From the human T2T-CHM13v2.0 reference genome, Homo sapiens, in NCBI RefSeq assembly GCF_009914755.1, contig NC_060941.1: a DNA stretch of 64,000 nucleotides. One strand, given 5' to 3'. This document shows, piece by piece, positions 41,201-53,722 of this stretch. The notes beneath the pieces were generated by a model. The model was not told where the DNA came from. It made no database searches and saw nothing but the letters and a program-made list of their open reading frames with translations. The position numbers were made by a program, and so were the translations under genes. Position 1 is the stretch's first letter; each line of letters opens with the position of its first letter.

Positions 41201-44200
41201 AGAGTTGGGCTGAGCGATCAGCTCTCACCTGAGCGATCAGAAAAGGCTCATGGAAGAGGTGAGATTTTCAGTGAGGTTTGATGGAGAAGGAGCATTTCAG
41301 GACACCAAAGGTGGGGAAGGGAAGAGGGCACAGCATGAGCAGAGGGCACAGCGTTGGCAGAGGCGCAGAGGCAGGGCTTGAGTGAATGCGAGGGGTGCTC
41401 TGGGAGCAGTGAGCGTGCTGGCGGAATTGCAGGGGAGGCTGTGGAGGAAGTACTGGATGGGATGGGAAAGGTGGACTGAAGATGGTAAAGGTGGATTGAG
41501 CCAGATTATGGGGAACTGAAGGCTGGGTAAAGGCCAGATGTTAGGCCAGACAGCTTATGCAGTTATGTATGTAATCCCCAGAGTTGCCTTACATGTTATT
41601 ATGCCTATTTTAGGGATGGGAAACTTAGACTCTCAGAAGTTACAAGATATTCTACCATAAACAAATGATTATCCCAAAGGATTCGATCTTAGATCTGTAA
41701 ACTTTAAGTCTGTGTGACTCCAAACTTATGACACTGCTGCCATGAGGCAGTTCAAGAAATAGGGAAGTTATGAAATGCAGCGGCAAGGTAGGTCCGTGGT
41801 GATCTCCCGGGTGAGGCATTGGAGTGATGATGAACACTGTCCCTCCTCCTTCTACCCTGCCCCATCACTACCATCAAAAGGATAGAGGAAATGACAAGCT
41901 GAATGGAGGTTAAAAGTAAAAGAGAAGAAGGGCAGAGAGACATCAATGCAAGGACTTTGTGAAGGCTTAGCGGTGGAGGGCACAGGAAAAGGGATCAAAT
42001 CGTCAACCCACAAAAGACAGTCTGGGAATTATGCCTCAGCTCACTTGACAGAACAGAGTCTGAGGTGCAGAGAAAGGACCGCAGCTTCTGCCTCTGTGCT
42101 TGATTGAGGGACTCCTTCACTCATGCACTCAACATCCAATCTCCTACATGCCCAGCACTGAGGGTTATGGAGAGGCCAAAGACACAGAAGGTGAGGGGGA
42201 AGATATTGAGCAAGTAATATTACATATGCAAGTGCAAAACCTTGTTTATTTCTCTAAGTGACTTGGTGTGGCAGATGTTACCATCCCCATTTTACATATA
42301 AGAAAGCCAAGCTCAGAAAGGTTAAGTCAGTTGTCCAAGGTAGAGCTGGGATTCACACCGAGGTCAGTGTGCTACCAAAGCCCGTTCCTTTTCACCAGTG
42401 CTCTCTGCTCCCCTGCTGTAATACCTGCCCTCCAAAAGCTTACAGAGCAGAGGGATGGCAACATTGATTGCCCCAAGGAGGACACTTTGGAGAGTGAAAG
42501 CAAGGAGCCCACTCAGTATTATGCCAGATGGGAGGCAAAACCTGACACTGTCCCGGGCAAACTGGGATGTAGTCCCCTTATACTAAAAAGGAGTTATTTA
42601 TATTTGTGTGAGGATTTAAAGTTCCTCAGAGCCTGTTCTTACTTTCAGTCATGTTTCATTTATATGGCAAAACAAGAAAGTTTCCCAGCTTGCTGAAGCT
42701 CATCCTTTCAAACACTTCCAGAGCCTGGATAATTCTGGATGGTAAGCATTGAAACGCAGCACTGGTTGTCCTGCCTGAGTAGAGAGCCCTCAACCTGGGT
42801 TGTCCCCGGGCTGGCCTTGCTCTCCCACTTGGCTGGGGAGGGCTCCCATGGCTTGTGGTGTCAGGAGCAGAGCTCTGAGAAGGGGAACTCCATCATAGCC
42901 CCTGCCCCAAAGGTTGCTCCACAAGACTGGCATTCTCAGACTCTAATAAGTTCTGTACTGGGCTTTCTGTGGCTGGCTTCCTTCAGAGAAACTCAAACCA
43001 GCATCAACTAAGTCAGAGACTTAGGATAGCAGAGAAATATTACCACAAGAAAGATGAGAAGGCCCTGGAGGTGAGAGGGGGTCTTTGAGCTCAGTGAGTT
43101 CAAACTCTTCACATTATAGATGAAGACACTGTGACTCGGAGAAGAAAGGTGACTTGCCCAGTCATATGCTAATAAGTGGTAAAATGGGACTGGAATGTGG
43201 GTTTTCTGACTTCCAGGATGAAGTTCATTCCGCTTAGCCCTGCTGCCCTCATGAACGTCCTGCTCATCCTTCTTCCACCCCAGCTGCCCAGGACCTCAGG
43301 AAAGTGCCCGGAACATGCCCCGCTGTCTCATCCCTCCATGCCTTTGCCACTGCTCTTCTGCCTGCCTGGAATACCCTTTCCAGGAATACCCTGCCTAGAA
43401 AATACTTTCCCCTCTTCAAGAGGAAGTGGAAGCATCCCATCTGGGCAGCCTTACTTGAATCACTGTGCCTTACTCTGCCTCTCTGGGTCTTGTTCCCGGA
43501 TTAATTTTTGGTATCTATTATAGGGTGGAATTTATGTGTCCATCTCTCCATTTGACTCCAGGCTCCCAGAGGGCAAAAATTTGCTCTTGTTCATCTCTGT
43601 ATCCCACTGCCCTGTGAGGGCATGTAGCGAACTCTCAATCAATGTTACTGTATTGAATGGAATGAGAGGTATGACAAGAGGTTGGGAAGGGGCAAAGATG
43701 GAGCCAGGCAGGAGGAGACAGGCTCCGACACTGACTTCCTCATGTCACCATGTTGACAAGGGAGGCCCTGTGTAGAGAAGGGGTTTAGAACGGGTCTAAG
43801 GGAGCAGGGGGAGAGGCAAGGGGGGCTGGCAATCCTAGAGACTGCTCAACCCTGCCTCTGCCTGTTGGAGTCAGCCTTTGGAAAAGTACTAGTGAATTAA
43901 AGCCCAATAAAAAAGTCAATTAAGTCCAAACTCATTTATGCCTTAAGCTCCTCCAAGCCAGTGAGCTGGAATGCAAGCTGGGCCAATATTTCTCCATTTC
44001 CCTCCATGTCTACATTGGTCTCCAGTGAGGCAGCCGTGACACATTTTATTTCAACTATAAATGGGGCAGATAGACGGGTAGCAAAGTAATGGCTGCTGGG
44101 GGCTCTCTGGATCCCATCCAAGAGATTCATGTCAGTGGGCGTAATGTTCATGTCCTGACCTTGGGCTCTGATAGAGCATAGGGAATCTGTGTGCTTGTGC

Positions 44201-44959
44201 ATGTGTTCCCGTGTGCACGTGTGTTTGCATACATGTACTGGGGGTGTGGATGTGTCTGTGTGCACTATTGTTTGCTATATATAAAAGTGCAATTTGCACA
44301 TTTGTGTGTTGATTCATCCATTTATTCCACACATATTTACTGAGCACCAGACACTGTGCTTGCCTCTGGTGTTCTCAAGATAGAGAAGGTTTCAGCTCTT
44401 ACACTTATGGGTTATACGGTCCAGAGGTCTAGAAAAATACACACAATAAAACAAGTAATGACAATAAAGTGTATAGAATGTTATATGAACACAGGTATGC
44501 ACATGCATGCTTGAATATCTGAGTGCATACATGCTTGGATATCTATGAATGTATGTGCATGAATCAAGTCTCTTCTGTGTGCATGTGTTTTGTGTAAGCT
44601 GAACCCAGCTGACCCATGTCGTGGAAAACTTCTTCTGGAAGCCCTTGCAAACCAGTGATAGCTAAAGTGATGTGATTTGTGTGTGTGTGAGTTGGGGAAA
44701 GATGAGAAGAAAGAATTAAAGTTGTCAGTGGTATCTGAGTCTGAAGAAGGGGCAAAATACTTAAAGAGTATGCATAACCCATGGCTTCTCCACTTTCCTT
44801 TCATTTCCCCTTGAGCTCATATGACCATTGCTCACCCACGGAACCCTCAGGAGGCTAGGGCTGACCCTCATTGTTGGGATAGATGGAGAAAGTCTGGACT
44901 AGGGTAACAGCACATGGATTCTATTCCCAGTCCTGCTGCTAAATAGGAAATTCATTGCA

Positions 44960-45150
44960 AAAAGGGATGTGGAGTTAGGAGTCCCAAACCTGCCTTTACC
45001 AGCTGTACAACCTTGGGCAAGTTTCTTAATCTCTCTGAGCCTCAGTTTCCTCATTTGTAAAGAAAGTGTAATAATCCTGTCTCTATCTACCATCACAGGA
45101 CTGCTATGACAGTCCTGTTCTAAAGCACCCATACAGAAGTGGAACGTAGC
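44960..45150 (+). mobile_element. MIR SINE
   Basis: accttgggcaagtttcttaatctctctgagcctcagtttcctcatttgtaaa. Confidence 0.8.
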
Positions 45151-48084
45151 TAACATTTCTAACAGTTATTGTTCCTACACGGGACAGCCGCCTGCTGCTG
45201 GGCCTTTCTAAAGGAAGCTTTGACTCCACTCACATCTGATTCCTTGCATAGCATTTTGCTAAGTATTGTCCCCAAAATACTACTTCTATGAGATGCTTAA
45301 AGGAAGAAAACAAGATGCTGTGGTCTAATAGGTTAGAAAACGCTGGGCTAGCTAGGGTTAAAGATGTTTATTTCTTACAGAACTTATCAGAGGCTTTATT
45401 ATGCCAATGTGCATTGTGAATCTCCAAGTGGGTGGCAGAGCATACACCACTTCTGTCTGAGATTGGATCCCTCCAGGGGCTAGAATTTAAGGGCAATGGT
45501 ACATTTGAAGGTGACTTCAGGAAGACCTAGGAAAGGAGTGCAGAAATGAGGTGGGGAAGGGAAGACAACCAATATAGCATATATTTGGAGCCAGTTCCTG
45601 CTATGGATGACTGGGGCTTAGCCCTGCAGGGGACCTCTGAGAGATGGTGAAAACCACACTGCAGGGTTGGGGAGGAAGCTGGGCTCATTCCTATTTATTG
45701 TTGGTTGAGAGCTACTCTTGGAGTGTTGCCATCCCAGGAGTTTTGGCCTGCTCAGTGCTTACACCCAGAGTGTTTCCATGGCTGGCAGATGTTCTTGGGC
45801 AGAAAGTCACTATTCTCAGGAAGTGCCTGACAGCAGGAATAGAGTACATGGAGGTGATATGGGACAGAGCACTGAAAGCATCTGCTGCAAGTTCCTCACC
45901 TGACTTGTTCTCCAAATGTACAAAATCCCTCCACAGATGAGCCCTAATCTATTTTTCAAATTGTAATCTTTCCCACTGCCTTTTAGCCTAAAAGACAGGC
46001 TGTGTGGATTGCTACAGTGGGAGTGGATTGCTGCAGTGGGAGGGGTGAACACAAACCATCTCTCTTCTAACTTGGATTTCCGGTGACCTTTAAAACATCT
46101 GTCACTTGATGTACCTTATGGAATAGGGTCTGTGGCTCACAGTAGGGCAGAGGAATCCAGCAGTTTGGGGGACAGAGGGTCCTGGGAGGTGGTTATTCAA
46201 GAGGTCTGGCACCAGGAAAGCCAGAATTCTTGCTGGAAAAGCCAAGATTGAGACTGGAAAGTCAGAGTTAAGCTTTAGATACAAAGTGCCAGCAACAAGC
46301 AATGGATGGGCTAAGGTGGGAGAGCCTATGTCAAATGTCCCTTCCATGAGCCACTGCTTCAGGAGTTGTCATGGTGTCTCAAGGGAGCCATGTCAGGCTG
46401 CACAGAGAACATCAGAGCTAGAAGCACAGGAACCCTGAGGATTATTTAACCTTTAAATTATCTAACATTTAAGTACAAGGAAAATTGAGGACTAGAGAGG
46501 TGAAAGGACTTCCCCAGAGATTACACCCAGCAATTTAAGAGCAGGGCATGAATCAGAACACACATCCCTTGCTCACTATTGAGACCTTCACTCGGAAGTC
46601 CTTGACTAGTACACTTCTTCCTGCCAAGAATTTGACCATTGCCCGTGGATTTTTTGATGAGGAAATAATCCAAGCAACATCCCTTTGCTCCAGCCCCTTC
46701 CTGCCCCACCTTCCTGCCATCAGCGGTGGCACCGAAGCCCTCCCTTCACCTTTCCTCTTACTTCTTCATATTCCTCGGAGGGCTCCCTGCCACCTCAGGT
46801 AGTAATAATATTTTTGATTTTTAGACATGCCAGCAAGTTTTTCCAGGCAATGTGAGGAGCACAAATGCTAATGCCTCCATCTGGGGATTATGTTAATATA
46901 CTATCTTGAATTGACATTTTAAAAAAATGCATATTTTAACTGGCTGCCTTTTCTGTCTCCAAGTCCAGGATCACATAGTATTTAGTGGGATGGTAGAAGT
47001 GGTTAGAGAAAGGCCCTGGGTTGGGTTGGAAGTAGTGCCAGCCTGGGGATCAGAAGTCCTGGAATTCAGTACCCTGGCATGTGGCCTTAGGTGGGGCACT
47101 TCTCATGTCTGGGCCTCATTTTCCTCAATTGTAAAGTGGGAGGGCAGGGCTGGACAATCCCTAAACCTCCTTCCAGCTCTCACCATCCATGGCTTTTGAC
47201 TGTCAGAGTCTCCTCAAAGCTCTTGCCTTCTTCCATCATCTTTGCCCTGGATTCCAGGGCTGCCAGCAATGTCACCTCTCCCTGACCTTGGGACTGTTAG
47301 TTTATATGCTGGGGACAGACTCTTTCCTGCCTACCTGTTATCTCTCTTGGACTTACCTCCCTAAACTCTCAACCTGAGGCCAGCCCCCTCTTCTGACTGG
47401 AGTGAAACATGGTGAGGATGGAGCTGTTTCCAGTCCCTTCCCCAGATCTATTCTTTCTCTGAAGCCCAAAGTAAATTTTCTTGGAAAAATCTTTCAGTCC
47501 ATTCTGTGTCCAGAATTTGCTAAATATGATCCCCTTTTTGCTTATCCAATAATTGGTGACTGTTGTGGGCAACACTGTTTTGGGCACAGCCCCCCACAAC
47601 CCTTTCCTTGATGTTGTCCCACACTTCAGTGACCACCTTGGCCAGGCCCCCAACATCTCTTATCTGGGCTACTGGGGTTCCCCTGGCTCTCAGCCTTGCT
47701 CTCTGCTGGTTTGTTGCTGATGCTGCCAAAGTCCCCTTCATTCCCTGCAGCAGCATGTCCCCTCCTGCTGGTCTCTCAGACTGGGCCCCTGGTTTCAAAG
47801 ACTCACTCCCAGACACCCCTATCATGGGCCATGCCTTGAAGAGTACCTGTATACTTCCCCTCCCTTCTTTCCCCGGAGAGACAAGATTGCAAGCTTGGAT
47901 AAGTGCAGAACTAGGAGGCAGGAAGAAATGAGTGTCAGCCTGGGTCCTGCCATTAGCTATTGTGTTCTAATGCTAGTCCCTTCACGGTACAGAAACTCAG
48001 TCTTCCCTAAAATGGGACTAACACGTTTTGCCCCATCTACCTGCCGGGGTTGTACATGGATTCGTAAAGGAGAATGTGCTATAC

Positions 48085-48270
48085 AGAAGGGATTATTTGG
48101 GTGTTTTTTCAAATGTCTTCTGGGGGCCAGCTGCATCAGCACTACCTGGGGATAGTAAGAAGATACAGATTCCTGGGCCTGGCCCAGAGCTACTGAACCA
48201 GACTCTCTGATAATAAGGCCCAGGAATCTGGGCTTTAAATAAGCTTCTCAGGTGAGTCCCGAAGTCTAAG
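48085..48270. mobile_element. MER5-like hAT element
   Basis: gccagctgcatcagcactacctggg...cagattcctgggcc...ccagagctactgaaccagactctctg...cccaggaatctg. Confidence 0.65.
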
Positions 48271-50119
48271 GCTCTCTGGTTATTGTGATGGTAGCTGGCA
48301 CTCCCAGATTGTGTTCCCACCTCTCCCTTTGGCTGCTTGGACCCACTGCACATGCTCTGAAGACTTGATTTGTGCCTAGTGTATGGGCAGCTTCTCTCCA
48401 CTCCCCAGTGCTGGGATAATTTTTGAGTACATCGGAGAAGCAACATGGTGTAGTGGAAAAAGCAGGAGCTTTGGAATTAGACCAGTATTTGAACCCCAGC
48501 TCTGCTACTGATTATCCATGTGACTTTGGGTAAATTGCCTGACTCCCTGAGTCTTCATTGTTCTCCTTTCTATGATGGGAATTACAGCAATTATCTCAAG
48601 GCTGTGGTTAGCATTGCAGGAAATATATATACATAAAGTAGCTGCCACATTGTACAAGCCCATGAAAAGCTATTTCCTCCACCCAAGGGGCCAGAGACCT
48701 GCTGTGTTTGTTTAAGGTGGGTGTCACGTCACATGGTGTGTTTGGACTGAAACCCACAGGGGACCTGATTTGGGAAGCCTGGCAGCAAGTGTAAGACTTT
48801 TGCTGAATTCCCCAGAGCCCAAGCCTTGTCCTGAAAGAGACCCACGGCTCCCTGTGCAGGACTATTAAAGTTAAATAAGCTGCTCTGTGAGACATGCATT
48901 ATTAAAAGCATGCTGGACTAGCTGTTAAGCCCAGCCATGGCTGCCTCAGTGAATGGGGCTCCCCTGGGGCACATTCCATCCGGGCCACAAGGCAGAACCA
49001 CAAGACAGAACCACAAGACATGGACACAGCATGAGCACAGCCTTTGCCCTGGATGGGGCAGCTAAGCCTGAGCAGAGCAACACAGTGGGCTCCTGCAGAG
49101 CTCTGGGGGCTCTGAGTTGCAGCTTTTCATTTGCAAAGAAAGAGAGTCGCCTGTCTCCCTCATTGGACTAGGGGCTTTCCAAGGACAGAGCTGTGTCTCT
49201 CGCATCAGAGAGTGAGTCCTCTTATGGCAGCCATCAGATTAGGTTTCTTGGGCAGGGCCATATCTCCATCACCAGATTGAAGGACTCCTCCCCAAGGGTG
49301 AAGGCTGCTTGTGATCTTTGTCCCAGAAAGTATCTAGAGCATCCCTTTCTCCCAGCCTCTAGGCTCCTGCAGCCCTGAGGGCTCTGCCCCTTGCTTTGTA
49401 AGCAGTAAAAAAGCAGAAGGCAACCAGCTTTCTTTTACAGGTTGTTGGGTTTTAAATAAAGATAGTTAAAATGATTTATATTCTGCTCAGGGGGAAAACT
49501 GGGGAGAGGAAGGAGGAGTAGGTTTTCCTGGCAAGGAAAAGCGGCATAAAATGTCCCACTAAATGCTCACTCAGTGGCCTCCATTCCTTCAAGCACAGAG
49601 CAAACACTTGTGATTTAAGCTACACCCGGTGACAGGTTAGTATCAGAACTGTGACTGTGGGTTTGACCCAAACACTTTGGTGTTGTAAGGCTTCCCAGAA
49701 GACAAAGGACAGAGAGGGAAGAGCTGATTCCAGGGTGAGAAGAAGGGGTTCCTAGAGGGATGGCGGTAGCTCCCAGCAGATATAATTCCCATTACATGGG
49801 CTTCAACTCTTGTCCATTAATTTATACTCTGAGCTCTAGGTCAAGAGCTTGAGTAGGAGGTTGACCTGAGCTTCTCCCAGCTCTGCTGTTAACTCATCAT
49901 GTTTCCATGCGTGAACCTCTTACCCTCATGAAACCTCAGTCATTAGTGACTTGTGCTTTCTTAAAAACACCATCTGTAACTATACAGGGTGTCCATGAAG
50001 TCTGAAAACTTAGGTGAATGTACAAAATAGCAATAAGGACATCTTCAATTTGTTACAAAATGAAATCGTATCTATGTTTGCAGACCCTATTGGCATATAT
50101 TTATGTGTGTAAGATTATT

Positions 50120-50270
50120 TTATAAATATCTGTCTTCTCCATTAGACTACAAACCCCTCAAGAGCAAAGACCAGGAGTTTGTTCTCTGTTGCTTTTTCAG
50201 CACTCTGCACAGTGCTTGGCACATTCTGAGAGCTCCATACATAGTAATTAAATGAATTAATAAATAAACG
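50120..50270 (+). mobile_element. L2 3' end
   Basis: tctgtcttctccattagactacaaacccctcaagagcaaagacc...cacagtgcttggcacatt...aaatgaattaataaat. Confidence 0.7.
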
Positions 50271-52069
50271 AATGGCAAGGTTTATCTTGGGAATGGGGAA
50301 GGTAATGAAATAAAGTAAGGACTCAAAAGTGAGCTTTGAGAGGATGTGCTCAGATGTTTGAGACACCCAGCTCATTAACTGGACTCTTTATGGTGTTGAG
50401 AAGTAGCATTTCTGCCCAGAGTATTTGGTTGTGATAAAAGAGGTAGTAGAGAGGTAAGATTCACCATGCAGAGGCGAATCCACTCTTATCACCCAGCTGC
50501 TTCTGAACATTTATAGATCCCTTCTCTGTCTTCAAAGGATAGCTGTATTCTTTTATAAAGGATTAGACTCTTGCTCTGAGAATTTGAACTCATAGCAGGT
50601 CAATGCACACCCAGCCAGGGGTCCTCAGCAATGCAGAGCAGGTTCTCTCTCTCTGAAGAAGACAGAGCACAGAAAGCACAAAGAACAAGTGAGGCTGGTA
50701 TGGGGCTCTGGGGCATATGGTTCTCTTGGCTGGAATGTTAAGTCCCTCACTAGTCCACTTAACTTTTCAGACTCAGTTCCATGACCACACCCTCTACTCA
50801 GGTAGAACTGACTGCCTTCTCCTTTGGGCCTCACTGGAAATATAGGTATTATTTTATCATGTGTCTGAACATACCAGCAATAAGCTATTTATTATGTATT
50901 TGTCAATGTTTCTAGATGTGGTGACCACCCTCTATATGTATCCCGTAGATGGTAAATTTCCTTGAGTGGTTGGTGTGGCCAGATGAAAGGGTTGGTCACT
51001 GTCCATGGTCCTGAAGGCTAGGGCTGAGTGTCTTCCAGAACACTGAATCATGGATGTTTCCCTACCTTCTTCCACATATAAACCAAAAAGCTCAATAAGG
51101 GCTTAGTGATGAGCTGCGAGAAGAAAACATGGGTCCCAGGGTGACCCAAAGAAGGATGTGATTGGTTCTACCTGTTGCATGTGACTCCAAAGCCTGCCAG
51201 CATGCTACCTGATGCTAGTCAATAATTGAGATAGCAGTGTAGGTAGGTTGCTTAGACCGCTGAGTCTTTCTTAGATCATGGATGCTAGCTTCAGGTGAAA
51301 TGTAGATATCTTGACATGTAGATATCTCAGGTGGACCACATTTAGGGACAAATATAGGTTGGACTTGAGGTGTGCTAAAGTCTTTTGCATTCTAGGGAGC
51401 TAGGAATTGCTCATTTTCAATAGTATTAATCTCATGATGAAAAGTAATTATTACACCCTTTAAAGCATTTCACATGTAGTTTTAAAAGTGCAATTTATTG
51501 AACACCTACTATGTGCCAGGTACCATGAGAGTTGCTTTTGTTTCTCATATATTATCCCTAATCCTTCAAATAACCCAGTTAGAAAAGCTATTATTAACCC
51601 CATTTTGGGAAGAATAGAAAATTGTCAGAATGGCCAAACAAGCAGCCCAAGGTCACAGAGCCAGTTAACAACTGAGTTAACTCCTGACTGTTGGTCTCTA
51701 CAGACAGTCTATGTCTTTTTACTAGTCTATACTACCGAATCTTTTACCAACTGCCTAGCAACAGAAAAAATAGTTTCCATAGCAACGATAGTAAAATCAG
51801 TATTGGCATTTGGATAATCCAATTTTTCCAAAAAAAACCCCCATAAAACAAAAAATCCAACCCTAAGCTAGTATTCCACATCTGGAAATGTAATTGAAGA
51901 AAACAATCTTAGCCATGGAAAAGATGTATGCATAAAGGAATGTACTGAAGCATTATCTACAATCTTTAAAAAAGTTGCAATAAGAAATGTCCAACAATAG
52001 GAGAAAGATTAAATGCAGTGTGGTGCATCATTCAGTGTAGTAAACATGGTCTGGTATAATATGGTCCCA

Positions 52070-52670
52070 CTTGATGCCCAACCCTTCTCTTTCTAGGAAA
52101 GGCTTCCATTTTCTGGGAACCAACTCCCCCTGGGCAATAGTCATATTATAAGACCCTACTTTCCTGAGCCATGTGATTGGTCCGGGGTGGGCACCTCATC
52201 CAAGCTGGGCCAATCAGTTACTTTTCTGGAATTAAAAAACAAACAAACAAAAAAAAAAACGAAAAACAAAAACAAAAACAAAAAAACAGGTTTAGAGACT
52301 GCTCAGTTTCTTTTTGGGAACATGGAATGTACAGTAATATCAGGAATATGGCTGGCCCTGTCTTGTCCCTGTGCAATGAGGGCAGAAGAGGGGGCCCATG
52401 GTGAGAGAGGGAAAGAACAAGAGTGGGGGAGAAAGAGAGAGAGCGGGTGGGATAGGGAAGAGAAGGGGATGGGAAGGAGTTGGGTGCTTGTGAGCAGTAA
52501 AAGCAAAAGTGGAGTCCCTACAGCACTCCATCCTGCTTCCAAGTCTTCCAAGAGCTCAACAGCACTTGAACCCTGCGAGATACCCTAGCATTCTTCCAAT
52601 AAACTCCTCCCTTTACCCAAGCCAGTTAGAATTAGATTTCTCTTATGTGTAAGTGAGAGAGTCCTAATTT
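52070..52670 (+). mobile_element. Old MLT1-type LTR
   Basis: gtgattggtccggggtgggcacctcatccaagctgggccaatcag...ccaataaactcctccctttacccaagccagttagaattagatttctc. Confidence 0.55.
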
Positions 52671-53164
52671 AAATAGTAGGGGTTTAATACCCTGTGTTTT
52701 TAGGAAGAAAATGTAGGGCTGCCTAGGGTGACCGATGCATAATTCCAAGGTGGAAAACCTCTGGGCCCACAAGAAGCAGCCTGGGGGAGAAACTTGACAT
52801 AACCAGAGGAGAAGGTGTGGTGTGCACTGAGCCCAGAGCTCATGAGGGTTGGGGAGCTGGGACACCCACTATATGGGTATCTATCATGACTTTAGGACAT
52901 GTACCTAGACCCCTACCCTTCCAGAAAACTCACTCTCCTGAAGATACTATGGAAATCAGACAAGTAGTGGATGAATCCGATCTGAGTCATTGCTCCTTCA
53001 TTTTCATTGGCCTGGAAGCTCCATGACAATCAAGGTTGTCTCCTATTCAGCTCTGCATTCCTAGAGCTAGTACAAGGCCTGGTGCAGAGCAGGTGCCACG
53101 TGAGTGCTTACTCTCCTCCAGGAGGTAGACTGGAGTTGCATTTCAGTTCCCTTCTTACTCAATA

Positions 53165-53722
53165 TATGGGGTTGCTATTTATACATAGTCTCTCAGCTTC
53201 AAACCCTTCTATGTTCTTCTTTGATGGTGGGGCCAGGACTCTGCAAACTATATTTTCTGGTTCCCTCTTCCCAGGAGACTGGCAGGCCTGGGTGGACTGG
53301 GGAAGGCAGCCTCTACCAGCTTCCAGCTCAGGTCTGCACCCTTCTGGCATCAGGGGACATTGATGGTCCTAGACTCCAGTTTCTTTTGGCATTCTTGGCA
53401 CCACTGCAGCACCAGCGTTGCCATGCACCTCGTCCTCTGGGCTGCCATCCCTGCCTGCGGTCTGAGCAACTATTGGGCTACATGCCATAATCTCTTTAGC
53501 AACTGCCTGGCATCACCTCCCGACTAGATCGTAGTAACACCATTTCTTCCCTTTCCTTGCCCAGCCCTAGAGGGTGGCAATGGCTTCCTGCAGAGATTAA
53601 TCTCCAGGTTACCTCACTGCTCTCTTTTGGCTTTTTCAGACTTCTAACACATGCATAAGATATTTCCAACATTAAATAGCCTTTGTTTCAAATTCCTTAC
53701 CTATTTCCGTATTTCTGACAAT
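53165..53722 (+). mobile_element. ERVL LTR41/LTR33-like LTR
   Basis: tctctcagcttcaaaccc...ggactctgcaaactatattt...ccagccctagagggtggcaatggcttcctgcag...attaaa. Confidence 0.5.
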
